From Octopus bimaculoides (Eukaryota), in contig NC_068997.1 in assembly GCF_001194135.2 (NCBI RefSeq), positions 11,365,779 through 11,429,778 of the forward strand: DNA of 64,000 bases, given 5' to 3'. The position numbers and the translations under genes were made by a program. The notes under the pieces were generated by a model, which saw only the letters and a program-made list of their open reading frames with translations, was not told the DNA's origin and searched no databases. Positions 11,871 to 25,845 of this stretch are shown here, piece after piece; the stretch's first letter is position 1, and the number at the start of each line of letters is the position of its first letter.

Positions 11871-14800
11871 ATTTACAACAAGAAACCTGCGGGACGACAA
11901 GACAGACAAAAGTGGGTTACACAAATGAGAAATGAAAACCGTCCTAAGGGACTATATACACGAAAGGGGTAGAGCAAGGAGCACATAGAATCATAAACGG
12001 TCCAGTCGAAGGCAACACGAAAAAGAATGGTATTACCTTAGGTCTTCACGGCTCATGTGATAGTGGGAGGAGAGAGGAAGAGTCAGAGGGATTAGAGAAC
12101 CAGAGGAAGGTAACAGGGAGGGAATGAGAGAAAGACAGAGTGACAGAGAAAGAATGTAAATTAAAAGAGAAGCAAAGCAAAGGAAAGAGACAGAGTGACA
12201 CAAAAATATTANNNNNNNNNNNNNNNNNNNNNNNNNNNNNNNNNNNNNNNNNNNNNNNNNNNNNNNNNNNNNNNNNNNNNNNNNNNNNNNNNNNNNNNNN
12301 NNNNNNNNNNNNNNNNNNNNNNNNNNNNNNNNNNNNNNNNNNNNNNNNNNNNNNNNNNNNNNNNNNNNNNNNNNNNNNNNNNNNNNNNNNNNNNNNNNNN
12401 NNNNNNNNNNNNNNNNNNNNNNNNNNNNNNNNNNNNNNNNNNNNNNNNNNNNNNNNNNNNNNNNNNNNNNNNNNNNNNNNNNNNNNNNNNNNNNNNNNNN
12501 NNNNNNNNNNNNNNNNNNNNNNNNNNNNNNNNNNNNNNNNNNNNNNNNNNNNNNNNNNNNNNNNNNNNNNNNNNNNNNNNNNNNNNNNNNNNNNNNNNNN
12601 NNNNNNNNNNNNNNNNNNNNNNNNNNNNNNNNNNNNNNNNNNNNNNNNNNNNNNNNNNNNNNNNNNNNNNNNNNNNNNNNNNNNNNNNNNNNNNNNNNNN
12701 NNNNNNNNNNNNNNNNNNNNNNNNNNNNNNNNNNNNNNNNNNNNNNNNNNNNNAAGCGTCGTGAATTTACAATTTATAAGAAGTGAAGATGTTTTAAAAT
12801 TAGTAAAAATCTAATCTAATGAATAAAACTAATGAAAATGCCTAATTACAGTATACAGAATCTCTTTGGAAGCGACACATCACTTCTAGATTTACAAGGG
12901 TTGATGCACACGTCATAATTTTCTTATTTTGCTGTTTTTCTGTTACTCTCTTTTAATATAAAATGCAAAGCTGATCTTAAGCCATTAATTTTCATGAATG
13001 TATTTCATTATGTTTTATGTGGGACAGGATTAAGGACATTCTGAATTTTGTGATGTTAGTGATAAAAGTTAAAGCCTTAATGTGTTCAAATATCGATCAA
13101 CAAAGACTCACATCCCTTATAAGTAGTGAGAAATTTTAACAGCAAGAAAATAGTTCATGTCTGAATTTACATGTGGTAATTTAGTATTTGCATTGAACTT
13201 TTGTGCTTAGATTATTGTTGTGCTAGAGCGAAACTGAGCATTTATAGCACCATCACAGTCATGGAATTCCTAATGAAACGTAAGGGAAGAGGGGAAAAAA
13301 TAAAGAAACAAAATAGTTTAGTTCGCTTTGAAAAATAACAGGATCAGGATATTTACAAACAGAAATTATAGGAGCCGTTATAGCGTTGTGATAGATATTC
13401 ATGTTATTCTTCTAATCATGAAATCCAACATGTGATAACAATTTCAGTAACGCTCCACTGGACAGCCTATCAAGCACTTTTATCAAACCTTTGGGGACTA
13501 TGTTGAGTTGATTATGTAAAAAATCTTATGGGTTGTCACGCATCCTGTATAAAGCAACCACCGGGATTAAGGATGTAATGTATGAACTACAGGTGTCTTC
13601 ATTCTCTTTATAATCAGGTGAGTAAAGATATTTACAAGAGCTGTCGTGAGTATGGTTCTATTGTAATTGTGATAATATTATAGAGATGAACAATGGAAGA
13701 CCCTTTCTTTAGAATTTAACAATTTCACATCTAAATGTTAGTAAAAGGTTCAACAACCACGAAAATTGCAAAACTATGATGGTATTCTGCATTGTCCATC
13801 TTCCACATTAATAGATATGCTTTTAACGTCATTTTAAATCTCATCTACCACAACTGAGTATGAATCCAATCCCTCAAGTATAATTCCCTGTGTGACTTGT
13901 GATATAGTAGACCAGCTTAAACTGCGCTTCACCATCACCATTGTATTCACACACTTTTCTAAACATTTTTAAAAACATCAGAGTGTATAAAGTTCATGAA
14001 AGACATGTTCAGTTATTTTAGCATATTTGCCATGGAGGTTAGTGTTTCGGAGTGTAATGAAAGCCAAATTTATTACATGGCACATGAATGTCGAAGTATC
14101 TGGTTGCAGTTCTACACAAGGTTATGATTGTTACTGTATTTCTGGTTCACTAGCTATAATGTAATTAATTATGTAACAACATTGTTACCTAGTTTGACGT
14201 GCTTATTATTTTTTTAATGTTATAGGGTTAGAGTTTGACGAACAGAAACCCACAACAATGAAGAAGCTATAGCAATCAGTTTGACTTCATTTTGTCAACA
14301 CCATGCTGATCGCGTAACTTATACTACACTTCATGTTCCTACTCTAAGTACTATGTTACTCTTGTATGGTAACATACAGAGTGTTTCTCTCAGATCAGCT
14401 TATTCATTTTCTCTCATAGTAGTTTCTTCTTTTAAGGCGATATGCATGCACAAGTATAATTTAGTTCCTGCTGGAATCGAACCATAGTACAACATACCAC
14501 ACACCACAAATTAAACACTTACACCATTTAGTAAGCGTTTCAGGAGCTTTGCAATTTTAGATCTAATAGCACTACATACTGCATTTTGAGGATATACATT
14601 CCTCATATTTACCATACAGCAATATTTCAAATCCCCGTAAACCACTTCAAAGGTATTTTAGTGCACTTTGTCACAACTGCTCGTTCACTTGCGATATATA
14701 TTTGTTTTTATTTCATTTTCGAAAAGACAGAAAAATTGCTATTAATGAAAACCATTTTGCGCGTGAAATTTAGCAAGTCAAACCAAAATTATATTTTCAA

Positions 14801-14892
14801 ATTCAGATCGATATCCTATAACTTTCCATTCCATTATCAAATTATAAAGAGAAGACATACTCACACACATATACCAGCACTCATATACATAC

Positions 14893-14961
<69 letters not shown>

Positions 14962-15109
14962 AACACACACAAAAAGATACACATGTATATATGTAGTTGA
15001 ATCAATAATGCCAGTAATATTTTAAATAGTCACACACACACCTGCTTTTATTAATCTTACATAGTTTCATAACATCAAATATAACCATTTATCCTCGCCT
15101 TCTATCCCC

Positions 15110-15490
15110 CCCTACCCAAGTGTCGTGGGCTACAATCCTCAAAAAGTCTCCTGTATAAGATCGAATCAGAAGCAATCATCAAGCGATTTTCTTGTTGGTT
15201 TCCCAAACGTCACATCCTGGGACTACGAATATAATAATCCAACTATCTCGTTCTTGGTCAAAATCTCAGTCTCCTGCCAAATTGTTCAGATAGAAGAGTT
15301 TGTCTTGCAATTCGTTCTCGCAATATTTCAATCACATTGTGATCTCACAATGCAGAAATGTTATTGGATAACTCAAAGAGAATCACCGAGCTTCGTATAT
15401 TGTCGTGTAACATTACTCCAAAGATCCATTTCGGTCGCTGGTATTTGCTATCGTATTCTACTATTCATTATCCACCATTCTTGACCATAG
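15110..15490 (-). mobile_element. old RTE-like LINE 3' ORF remnant (tentative)
   Basis: Minus-strand translation includes W.MNSRIR*QIPATEMDLWS and later GKPTRKSLDD. These recall RTE motifs W.L......I.ATEMDFWRR and GRPRKRW.DD. Heavily decayed. Confidence 0.4.
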
Positions 15491-15773
15491 GCGAGCACAC
15501 GCACGAAAACCAAACAGAAAATAGCGAGTTCGTGTTCTCCTTATCTTTTTTACTATTTTTTTTTTTCATTTGAAAATTGAATGTTGGATGTGATGCATTG
15601 CTGTTACAACAAGTGCAATTCTAGCTCTGAAGTCACCCTCCTGCATCAAATCACAGGTGAATACAACTTAATGATTTCCATTTTTTTCTAAACTACAACG
15701 GACTCTGTATGGCGTTTATGTATGTATGTATATATGTACGTAAGTATCTATGCATGTATGTACATACGTAAAA

Positions 15774-15816
<43 letters not shown>

Positions 15817-16321
15817 NNNNNNNNNNATATATATATATATACGCACGCATACACACACACGCACACACACATATATATATATATTTATTTATACACACAT
15901 ATATTAGGCATACTAAAAAATAAGGAAAGAAATACAGTTTAAGGAGAACCAACTAAAAGAATTATCTAAATATGTCGAAGGAGAAAGGAAAAAGTAAAAG
16001 AAAACGAAGATAAGACACAGAATATAAAGAGTAGTACAAATATAAATAATATAATTTGAGAAACAAGAATAAGTAATAATAAAAAAATACGGAGAAATAT
16101 TTTTGAGTAATACATATATGTGCCTTCCGTTTGGTGAGCAGCAGCATGAAGGCAATACATTAAGTGTTTCTTGTTGCCATTGAGATAATACAGAGTTTAT
16201 GAGAAGACATGAAGAGATTCAACAATATCTACACGGCAGTGACCAGCAGAGACTTAAATGACCATGCGGGATAGCTGTGCCACAAAAGGTCACTGAAAAA
16301 TGATAAAACTATAGATTCATT

Positions 16322-16361
<40 letters not shown>

Positions 16362-16793
16362 ATTTCACAACGGTAGATATACATAACCACAAACTTACAC
16401 ACACATATGCACGTTGCTATATATATATCGGCACCTACAGAGAAGTAAAAATATGTATTTAACTGCATTGAAAACTTATACGTGTATATGCATAAATCTA
16501 TGCCCACGCGTAAACACAAAGAATAAATGAATCGACTGATATATGTGTGTATATATGTGTGTGTATGTATATGTATGTTTGTATGTATGTCTCTTCTATT
16601 TTTTAATTATTATAAATTTTCTACTGACGAGGGAGCCAGTTTCCAACAATGAAAGACAAGGCTCCAGCTTTGGGATGTACTTAACATAGACAAAATCGGA
16701 TTCGGCGTAGAAATATATAACACTCTCCCAAATTTGAAAAGTTTCACTTAATTTTAAAATTTCAAAATCTGCATCTGTGTCTTAAAATTTCAA

Positions 16794-16796
<3 letters not shown>

Positions 16797-16891
<95 letters not shown>

Positions 16892-17010
16892 TTCTTTCTC
16901 TCTCTGTCTCTCTCTCTCTCTCTCTGTCTTCCTCTCTCTCTCTCTCCTACTCACTTCCTCTCTCTCCCTCTCTCTCCATCTTCCTCTCTCTATTTTTCTA
17001 CCTCTTTCAT
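16797..17010. repeat. long (CT)n polypyrimidine tract
   Basis: About 210 bp almost entirely C/T; it gives the RERE pseudo-ORF. Confidence 0.95.
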
Positions 17011-17938
17011 TTACGCTGTGCTCATTGTAAAATTTCCTTATCTCTGTATAGTTACCACACTCTCTCCTACTCTCTGTATACGTATATCTCACACACTGTA
17101 TGTGTGTATATATGCGTGTGTGTGTTTGTGTGTGTGTGTGTGTGGCAGTGTGTGTATTCATGTGTGTACGGAATTTAATTGGGCCGATCTAAGAAAAATC
17201 CGTACATCTAAACATCAAATGAAATAAACAAAAACTTAGTTTATATATATAAACATCTATACAGAGAGAAATAGAGAGAAAGATAGATAGATTGAATGAT
17301 AGAGAGAGAGATACATGCACACACACGAGCACACACGCACACATAAGCACCCACACACTCACACACACACATATATATATGTATGTATACGTAAGTATAT
17401 ACATATGTATGTGTGTATATATATATATATATGCGTACATATATACGTAGATATACAGATATATTAATACATGCATAACTAGATATAATTAGATACATAC
17501 AGACATAAATATACGAGAAGGCAATTTATTTCTGATATTTATAGAAAACATCAAGTGTATATCTGTAGACATGCTGAAATACATAATTCTAGAATCGTTA
17601 TAATTAGCATGTCGAATTACGATTACGAATACATTGATATATTGTAATTTGGTTATATTGCTTAGAATATAAAATAGATCACGAATGAAATTTACAGATA
17701 AGTTTATTCTGAAAACTACCAGTACTTATACAAATGATATATGCGTTTAAGTCACTATATAACCATTTGATAAAATAGGATATATGATAATTCCCTCACT
17801 AACAAATATTAAACTAATATACTAAAGGATATTAGAACAAATGTTCTGATTCTATATCCAACCAACAAATATTTTCAGGACCTGGGATGAGTCGTGCAAG
17901 TTGCATTTTTCGGGAGCCTCAGTTCAGTCTGTTCGATC

Positions 17939-18073
17939 ATGATGCTCGATTTTCCGAGCTGGGCCCTACGTATTATGTTCTTTTTTATAATTGCTTACTG
18001 GGGTTTTCGCTCGTTTTGGTCAGCCATATGTCACGTGGTTACTGCAGATGAGAAATATATCAAGGTGATGTGA
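17939..18073 (+). CDS. candidate start exon or smORF with a signal-peptide-like N-terminus (unverified)
   Basis: ORF MMLDFPSWALRIMFFFIIAYWGFRSFWSAICHVVTADEKYIKVM* (44 aa). Upstream acceptor 'atattttcag' ends at 17878, and a weak donor AAG|gtgatg lies after 18064. Unique sequence, relatively CpG-rich. No homology recognised. Confidence 0.2.
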   Translation: MMLDFPSWALRIMFFFIIAYWGFRSFWSAICHVVTADEKYIKVM

Positions 18074-18769
18074 ACTGACTCAGACACTGCACGTAGGTTT
18101 GACCGGGATGACCCGAGAAAATGCCGACAAATATTGGATACAGTGACGCGCAGAAACAGTCCATGCTTCTATAACTGACCGAACCTGATGGATATTATTA
18201 TAAAATTTAAAATAATAGTCATAAATTGGTTAGCAGTTACCGTATGGATATTCATGGATATAAGTTAATATAGAATATTAGCATAACCAAAATCATTTGA
18301 ATAATTTAATAATCATTCCCTAGTATGATAGGTGAATTAAAGTAGAACTGATGAGGTGTAGCCATATGGAATCACTGGAAGCAAATTTTATTTCGAATAT
18401 CATATATGACACTGTCTGCAAGTTGATGTTTGATAGGGTTCAGTACCCTTCTTACGACATCTATTTGTCTATTTGGTTATCATATTGCTGGACATATGAT
18501 ATGAACAATAAATATGAAATCCAGGAGATTATGGGAATTAAAATTAAATTATTAATGAACATTATATAATTGTGAGAGTAGGCACTAACGACTTGTACGT
18601 CATATTTATATTTTGTCATGCTATATTTTAACGTTAACTCCTATATGTCGATTGCGTCCTTTGTACATTCCTATGTCAATTTTAGAATAGTTACGGTTGT
18701 AATTGGTATAAAAGGGTAAAGAGTAAAGACATCCTTCGGTCATTAATGACCATGGGATTGCACATAGAA

Positions 18770-19030
18770 AGGTACCCTCCGAGGCTTAAGTCTGGGAAAG
18801 GTTGTTCATGAAAGATTAGCAGTCGCACACGTATACCACCTTCCTCTCTCCACACCGCCCATGTTATCAAATGGAAAGGTAAAGGTCAAAAGAGTTTCGC
18901 ACCAGTGATATGGCAACTCATCTCCACAGCTAAGCGAACTGGAGCAAAGTGAAATAAAGTGTCTTGCTAAAGAACACAACACACAGCCCTGTCTGGAAAT
19001 CGAAGTCACTACCTCATGGTTGTGAGCTCA
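18770..19030 (-). mobile_element. tRNA-derived SINE, family C
   Basis: Contains 'cagctaagcgaactggagcaaagtgaaataaagtgtcttgctaaagaacacaac...ggaaatcgaagtcac' (reverse B-box region). The block is shared with 54040-54095. Confidence 0.75.
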
Positions 19031-21748
19031 GAGATTGCAGTTATCTAATACTTACATGTGTCCTTATTTTCGGAATAGGTTGGGAAATCATAAGAGAATA
19101 ACAATTTACTTTTACAAAATGGCTGTAATAAGTTATAATAACCATATAGTGATCCAATATTTCACTGCCTATTAAAGCGCTGCTTTAGAAAGATTTCATT
19201 AACGCTAGTTGTCGCACATTGCCTATAATCCATTATATTCGAAACAAACATTTCCTATTATTTGATCTTTTAGTTACTCAAGCTGGGTTTGACAGAATTT
19301 TATTACAGCTATTAATAATTCAATTCATTTCGGCTAATAGATTCAGCTAGAATAGCAACAAGATTTAGCGTAGTTCACTACGATGAATTTGTCGCAGAAG
19401 TATTAGTGATGAGGCGGCTATTGTCCTTGGACATTTTAGGCAACGGTGCTTTCATTTGTATGTAGTATGAAAGATTATTGAAAGTAATATCCACATTATA
19501 TATTTCCGGCACGAAATGTTGGTGAGACATTGTTACTAGAATTGTCTACAAAGCAATATTAGTTTATTACCTTTTTCTTTCTCTGACTGTCTCGTGAAAC
19601 GCGCCACGAGGTAATCCTCACAAGAATATCTTCGTAGTTTTGATTTATCTATTGTACTTATGTTATTTCTTCACTTTCAGATTCATCTCTTTTCTGAGCA
19701 TATACTTTTGTTTCTTTCTTCGAAATTTCTTGTTACCTTTATGTCTTCATTGCAACGTTCTTGCTAAATCCTTCGTCTCCTTTTCTCCACTTTGCATGTT
19801 TCATTCCTTTTATTCATTTTTTCTAATATGATAGATGTTGTTGTTTCGAAGTCATGACCAAATATCCTTTAAAATGTACTTTGCGTTCTGTAATACTCTG
19901 CTATCACATATTATATTTTTAAGATGATATATAAGAATTTTGTAACAGCTATAGGATATAAATATTTCAACTAGCAGTGTTAAAACGTGTCTTCTGTAAC
20001 TTTTTCAAACGTATTTTTACTCTCTATTTCCATGAAAGATAGATGATCAATATATGCTATACTCTACATAAGAGTACAGTGAGGAGAATATGAAATTTCG
20101 GAGTTAATAGTGAAATTCTTTAGTACTTGGTTGTTTTCGTTATACTGAAACACCAAATCAGGAAGTCACCATTGATTAAATATATATTCGTGTAAGGTCA
20201 TATTTAATACAATCGAGTGCATTCAGACGTGAAAAGAACTTTCCCTGCGAAAATAATCCACGGATTTAAACGATTGATTTGGTTTTTGTAACTGATTAAG
20301 CAGTGAAGTATGCATCTTAGAAATCGATGATTCCTATCATAACCCAGAAAAAAATTGTTTCACTCATGTCTAGGGTCATTTTCTCCCTGGAATTGTCCTT
20401 TTTTTTTTACTTATAGTCATGTAATTAAAGAGAAGCTATCTTACTAGCAATATTTTACCTTACTTTTAGAAACATTTTGTGATATATTTAAGCATTTTGC
20501 TGTATGTCTCAGTATAGAAAATTCTTGATCTTCTCAAGACCTTTTAATATGAACGCCAATATATTACATCTCGCAATGTTATCTTAAAACAAGGAAAAAT
20601 CTCGTTGCCAAATTCAACGAATATAATCATTGTACATGAAATATACTAGATTTTAAAAGCTGCAAAATCTTTCATCAGTCTTTTTAAGTGACGGCGTGTA
20701 ATCAACACTGAAAATAGCAGCAGAAGTATAAAAATTTATTTTGACTAAAGATATTTCTTTGAAATTTTGCTAATTAATCTTTATTTTGAATTGCCCTAAT
20801 TCGTACATGTTAGTGGAAAGTTTCTACTTTGAATTGTCTTCATTAATAATATTATGAAAATTTACCATCATTCATTCATTCCACGTGCAAATATTTCTGT
20901 ATTTTACAGTCAGTCGCAACTTATCGACTTTATATTGTGTTAAAATAATATCTTGCAGAAATGGTGCTAAAATAATTATCATTCAATAATTACTGTCGAT
21001 AAGAGATGTTGGTGGTTGGATGATGCATACCTCACATTTCATTAGGTGCCAGTTTCGTACTCTTGTCGTTTAATCGATAAACATTGACCTCCATTCACTC
21101 ACGTGTCGAACTCAGCTAGCTTTATGAACTTACCATGAAAACTGTAAATTTATAAAACGAAATATAAAATTCTAACTATGCCTGATACTCGTTATAAATA
21201 AATATAACCAATAAGACTGTCGTGTATAGCAAAATATTTCTGATTTTCGCTTACTAGGTTGATTTGCCATCGGTGCTTTTAGCAAACACATTTTTGAATT
21301 ATTACATGAATCATTCATTATACATTGAAGCGTTTAAAACCTAACGGCACACTATAACTAATGGGCATCAGAAACAGACCAAATATCTTTCAAAAACGTT
21401 ACTATATTTGTTCTTAAATTATTTTTGCTACTTAAAATTCAACCCAACATTATCGACATATTGAAAAGTAAGACAGATAATGACACTTAAGGGATAAATC
21501 AGGCGAAACGTTGTGTAAACTTGAATATTACGAATGACTGTTTCGTCTCTAATTAGGGGATTGATTATCGGAGAAATTACAATTGTATAAGTAATATCTC
21601 ATCTCAAACATTAACAAATTTAATTTCTCTAGGTCTTTCAAAAAACCTCCATCCTTTATGTTGAAAAGTTGGAATGTTAATCAGTATTAGAATAACTTAT
21701 TGAATATTCATTTTAAATATCAATTTATAGATAATGGATTCTAAACAA

Positions 21749-22700
21749 CTTCCCTTGTGCATCGAAAGACTTTGGTCTGAGCTTGTCCATCACCCAATTC
21801 GTAACCATCCTCTCGCTGTTGATCCTACTGTATATGTTGATGGGAAAACTTTTAAAAAACTGTTTACTGCTTCACTTATCTCGGTTCCGCTGTGTTCAAT
21901 GATGTAAAAATGGATAAAGAAATCCAGTCCAGAATCGGCAAGTCTAGCTCCGCTTTCGTTAGACTTTATCACAGGCTATGGAACAGCTACGATGTATCGT
22001 TGAAGATGAAAGTTAATGTATATAAGTTGGTGGTCTTAAGAATATTGCATTATGGTGCTGAATCTTAGACTTTGCATTGAAAGCACATACATTAGCTTGA
22101 CGCTTTTCATATACGATGCTTGCGTACCATCTCAACATAAAACCGAGCAACCGTATTTCTAACTGTGGTACTTACAAAATGCAACGTATCAGGTGTTGAA
22201 GCCATCCTCATGAAAATACGGATTAGATAGTCAGGACATCTCTCGCGTGTGAGCGATATCAAAATTCTGACGCAACTTCTCTTTGGCCAATTCCCAACAG
22301 GAAGATCAGTTGGAGGCTCACCATTGCGCTTCAAAGACAAACTAAAAGAAAACCTGAGACGAAGCAACTTTCCCTTTCCTTCCTGTCAAGACAAAGCATC
22401 AGAACGCAGGAGCTGGCGCTATTCTTGCTTCTCTGTAGTTCAAAAGTTTCAGCAAAATCGACTCCATCACAGGGACCAACTTTGTGCAAGCATGAAGGCA
22501 CGCTGGCAAAACACTGCTCCTCTAAATGGAAACTTTACCTGCCATTGTGGTTTTGTGGTACGAAGCAAACCAGGCCTAGCTCTCCACTCAAGAAAACGCG
22601 TAGTAAATAATCCATAAGCACTCAAGTTGTTCCATTTGCCAAACGTTTTGTAAGGCACCAGTAAGCCTCAAGAGATACATTCGTAGCCATATAACACGAT
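21749..22700 (+). mobile_element. 5'-truncated RTE-clade LINE (end of RT, C-terminal region, two zinc fingers), degenerate
   Basis: Across frameshifts: ASKDFGL..., YLGS.V.NDVKMDKEIQSRIGKSSSAF.RL.HRLWNS.DVSLKMKVNVYK.VV..ILHYGAES*TL. Then SGHLSRVSDIKILTQLLFGQFPTGRSVGGSPLRFKDKLKENL (ORF 22249..22617), FTCHCGFVVRSKPGLALH, and CSICQTFCKAPVSLKRYIRSH at 22628-22690. Confidence 0.92.
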
Positions 22701-23266
22701 CAATGCTTTATTTTATTGAACTTTCATTTATCATTCATGACATATACCCCAGTGCTGCATTTCCCAAAGCGCTCTTTTAAAATGTTACAAAATGACACCA
22801 CACTGTCAGTATGCATCAGAAATATATCATACAAAATGAGAACTATATTACCTCCTAAGGTCTAATTTTCTGAAAATATCAAGCTGCACTAAGGCCAAAA
22901 TATACCACTTGCTCTTAAATCGACAAATACGCATACACAGATAGGTTTTTTTCTATTTTTCCTCTTTTCAATACAAATTCTTAGTCTTGAAATCTAGTCT
23001 GACTTTCCGTAGCAAGCTATCACAATAAAAGTTACATATATTTACTTCAGATTAGCCTGATTTATCTAAACTAAACCACTTCTACCGACTCTGTAATAAT
23101 CCTTGCATTCACCAATAAAATCCTCAGGTTTTAATTCTGATAGTTGATAATTCAACAACAATCAATAAGAAAGAAATACATTTAGTTCGGATATACGATT
23201 CAGAAGAAATTTAACAGAATTCACCTTAAACAGACTAAAACATTGCGTGCTTGCAGAATCGTTAGC

Positions 23267-23309
<43 letters not shown>

Positions 23310-25440
23310 NNNNNNNNNNNNNNNNNNNNNNNNNNNNNNNNNNNNNNNNNNNNNNNNNNNNNNNNNNNNNNNNNNNNNNNNNNNNNNNNNNNNNNNNNNN
23401 NNNNNNNNNNNNNNNNNNNNNNNNNNNNNNNNNNNNNNNNNNNNNNNNNNNNNNNNNNNNNNNNNNNNNNNNNNNNNNNNNNNNNNNNNNNNNNNNNNNN
23501 NNNNNNNNNNNNNNNNNNNNNNNNNNNNNNNNNNNNNNNNNNNNNNNNNNNNNNNNNNNNNNNNNNNNNNNNNNNNNNNNNNNNNNNNNNNNNNNNNNNN
23601 NNNNNNNNNNNNNNNNNNNNNNNNNNNNNNNNNNNNNNNNNNNNNNNNNNNNNNNNNNNNNNNNNNNNNNNNNNNNNNNNNNNNNNNNNNNNNNNNNNNN
23701 NNNNNNNNNNNNNNNNNNNNNNNNNNNNNNNNNNNNNNNNNNNNNNNNNNNNNNNNNNNNNNNNNNNNNNNNNNNNNNNNNNNNNNNNNNNNNNNNNNNN
23801 NNNNNNNNNNNNNNNNNNNTATATATATTTAGGTATACATATTAGTACCTGTCTGTTGGTGTGAGTGTATGTGAGCTTGTAAAATTTTATATCACTCTGC
23901 ATTTTAGCTTGGATCTTTGGTTACATATATATGTTTGTATGCGTGTGCCTGTGTGCCTAAGTATATTTTATACAAACACATCACACATATGTACATATAG
24001 CCAAGGATATATATTTCATAAATGCATATTTATACACACACCCGTGCATGCATACGTACATATACCCTCTAGGTGTATATCTATATAAAAGTTTTGCGTA
24101 AATATTCTCTATTATGTTAAAGGATGTGTGATTCCAAGTGTGTCAGTTGATATATTTAGTTCATTAATTCCTCTCTCGTACAATGAAATTATACTGTTCA
24201 TGGAAACTTCGGGAAGCCATAATGTGTTTAATAGAGCAGAACAACGTTCCAAGTGCTGGCAGGAGGAAATATTGACTACGCGTTAATTAGCCATGAAACA
24301 GTTTCCCTCGTGTAAATAAGTCATACTAACGTTTTTTACTAAATATTATACCATCTCCGTACTCGGTTCTGAACTTTTTATCAACGAACCAATACTTCCG
24401 TACGCCATTTAGAATTTTGCTAATATGCAATCGATTGAATGTAGCATATATTTGTTTAATAGTACCAATCAACACAAACAATATCTCTTTCAGTGAGAAA
24501 CATGATGCCATTTGCTTTCAGTAGAATTATACTTTGCATTATATAAATGTTGGTAATGGAGTGTGAATCAATAAAAATCACATTATACAGGTATCCGTAT
24601 TATTTTAGTGACGTTCGGCAACTCACCATGATAACAATTTTACACTTTGCTGGACATAATTTTCTCGGCTATATGCAAGTAATTGACCACTATGACACAT
24701 AACTATTACTACTTGTAGTTTTCTGAATTTCTAAACTTAACAACCTCTCCATATATCTTACTCAAATCAAAGAACGGATATCTCTGTGTTTCGAATTATG
24801 AGATCGAAATAAATATTTGCATTTCTGTATACAATGAATTTCAAAATAAATTGGTCAACAAAGTCTGTCATTTTATTGCCTAAGTGACAGAAACAAAATT
24901 TAGAATATATCTCCTGAAAAGCAATTAGTATATGGTATTAATTAATTCATTAGCTCATTTTAAAATGTCCTTTCTAATTTGTGCTGTAATATCTTAGGCA
25001 CAATTCAAAAAAGTAGGTGTCAGACTAAAACTAAATAGATATAGGCGTATTTATATGCGTGTGTTGTGCGCGCACGCGTGTTTGTGTGTGTGTTTCTATG
25101 TACGAATAAGATATACTGTTCATATTCAAATCATGTGAGCTATTACGAACTATTATTATTCCTAGAAAGTAAAAGTCGTATTTGTTGCTGAATGTAATTC
25201 ATTCTTTACTTTCATGGACATTCTTACCTTATGAATCTAGTCATCAATTTTAAAAGCAAGTATGCCTAATGGCGCCCCTGCTGTGACAGTGCTGGTTATT
25301 TAGATGAGAAAACCTACTTACAATATATTATTCTACAAAACAACGTCCTTTTTTGCATTGTCATGTAACACAAAATGGCATTTCAAAATAATCCACTTGC
25401 TTTAAACTATTCACGCAACGGTATTATTATTTTTTTTGTT

Positions 25441-25845
25441 ACTTGTTTCAGTCCTTTTGACTGTGGCCATGCTGGAACATCACCTTTAAGTCGAAGAAAT
25501 TGACCCACCCCGCGACTTATTCTTTGTAAAGCGGGTACATATTCAATTGGTCTCTTTTATCGAACCGCTAAGTTACGGGGATGTAAACACACCAACAGCG
25601 GTTGTCAAGTGATGGTGGGTAATGGGGAAACACAGACACGAACACACACACNNNNNNNNNNATATATATATATATATATATATATTTACACGACGGTCTT
25701 ATTTCAGTTTCCGTCTACCAAATCCACTGACAAGGCTTTGGTCGACTCGAGGCTATAGTAGAAGTTAGTTGCCCAAGATGCCACGTAGTCGATCTGAACC
25801 CGGAACCATGTGGTTGGGAAGCTAGCTTCTTACTACAGTGATGCC
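25441..25845 (-). mobile_element. tRNA-derived SINE, family B (full length, internal CA/TA microsatellite)
   Basis: Tail 'cttgtttcagtcc..gactgtggccatgctgg', middle 'ccgctaagttacggggatgtaaacacacc', and head 'gtctaccaaatccact..caaggctttggtcg...ctgaacccggaaccatgtggttgg'. Matches other copies in the window. Confidence 0.9.

Noticed and set aside
16624-16660. Hammerhead-like CTGACGA...GAAA
   Set aside because: No closing stem II pair before GAAA and no stem I/III or cleavage triplet could be built.
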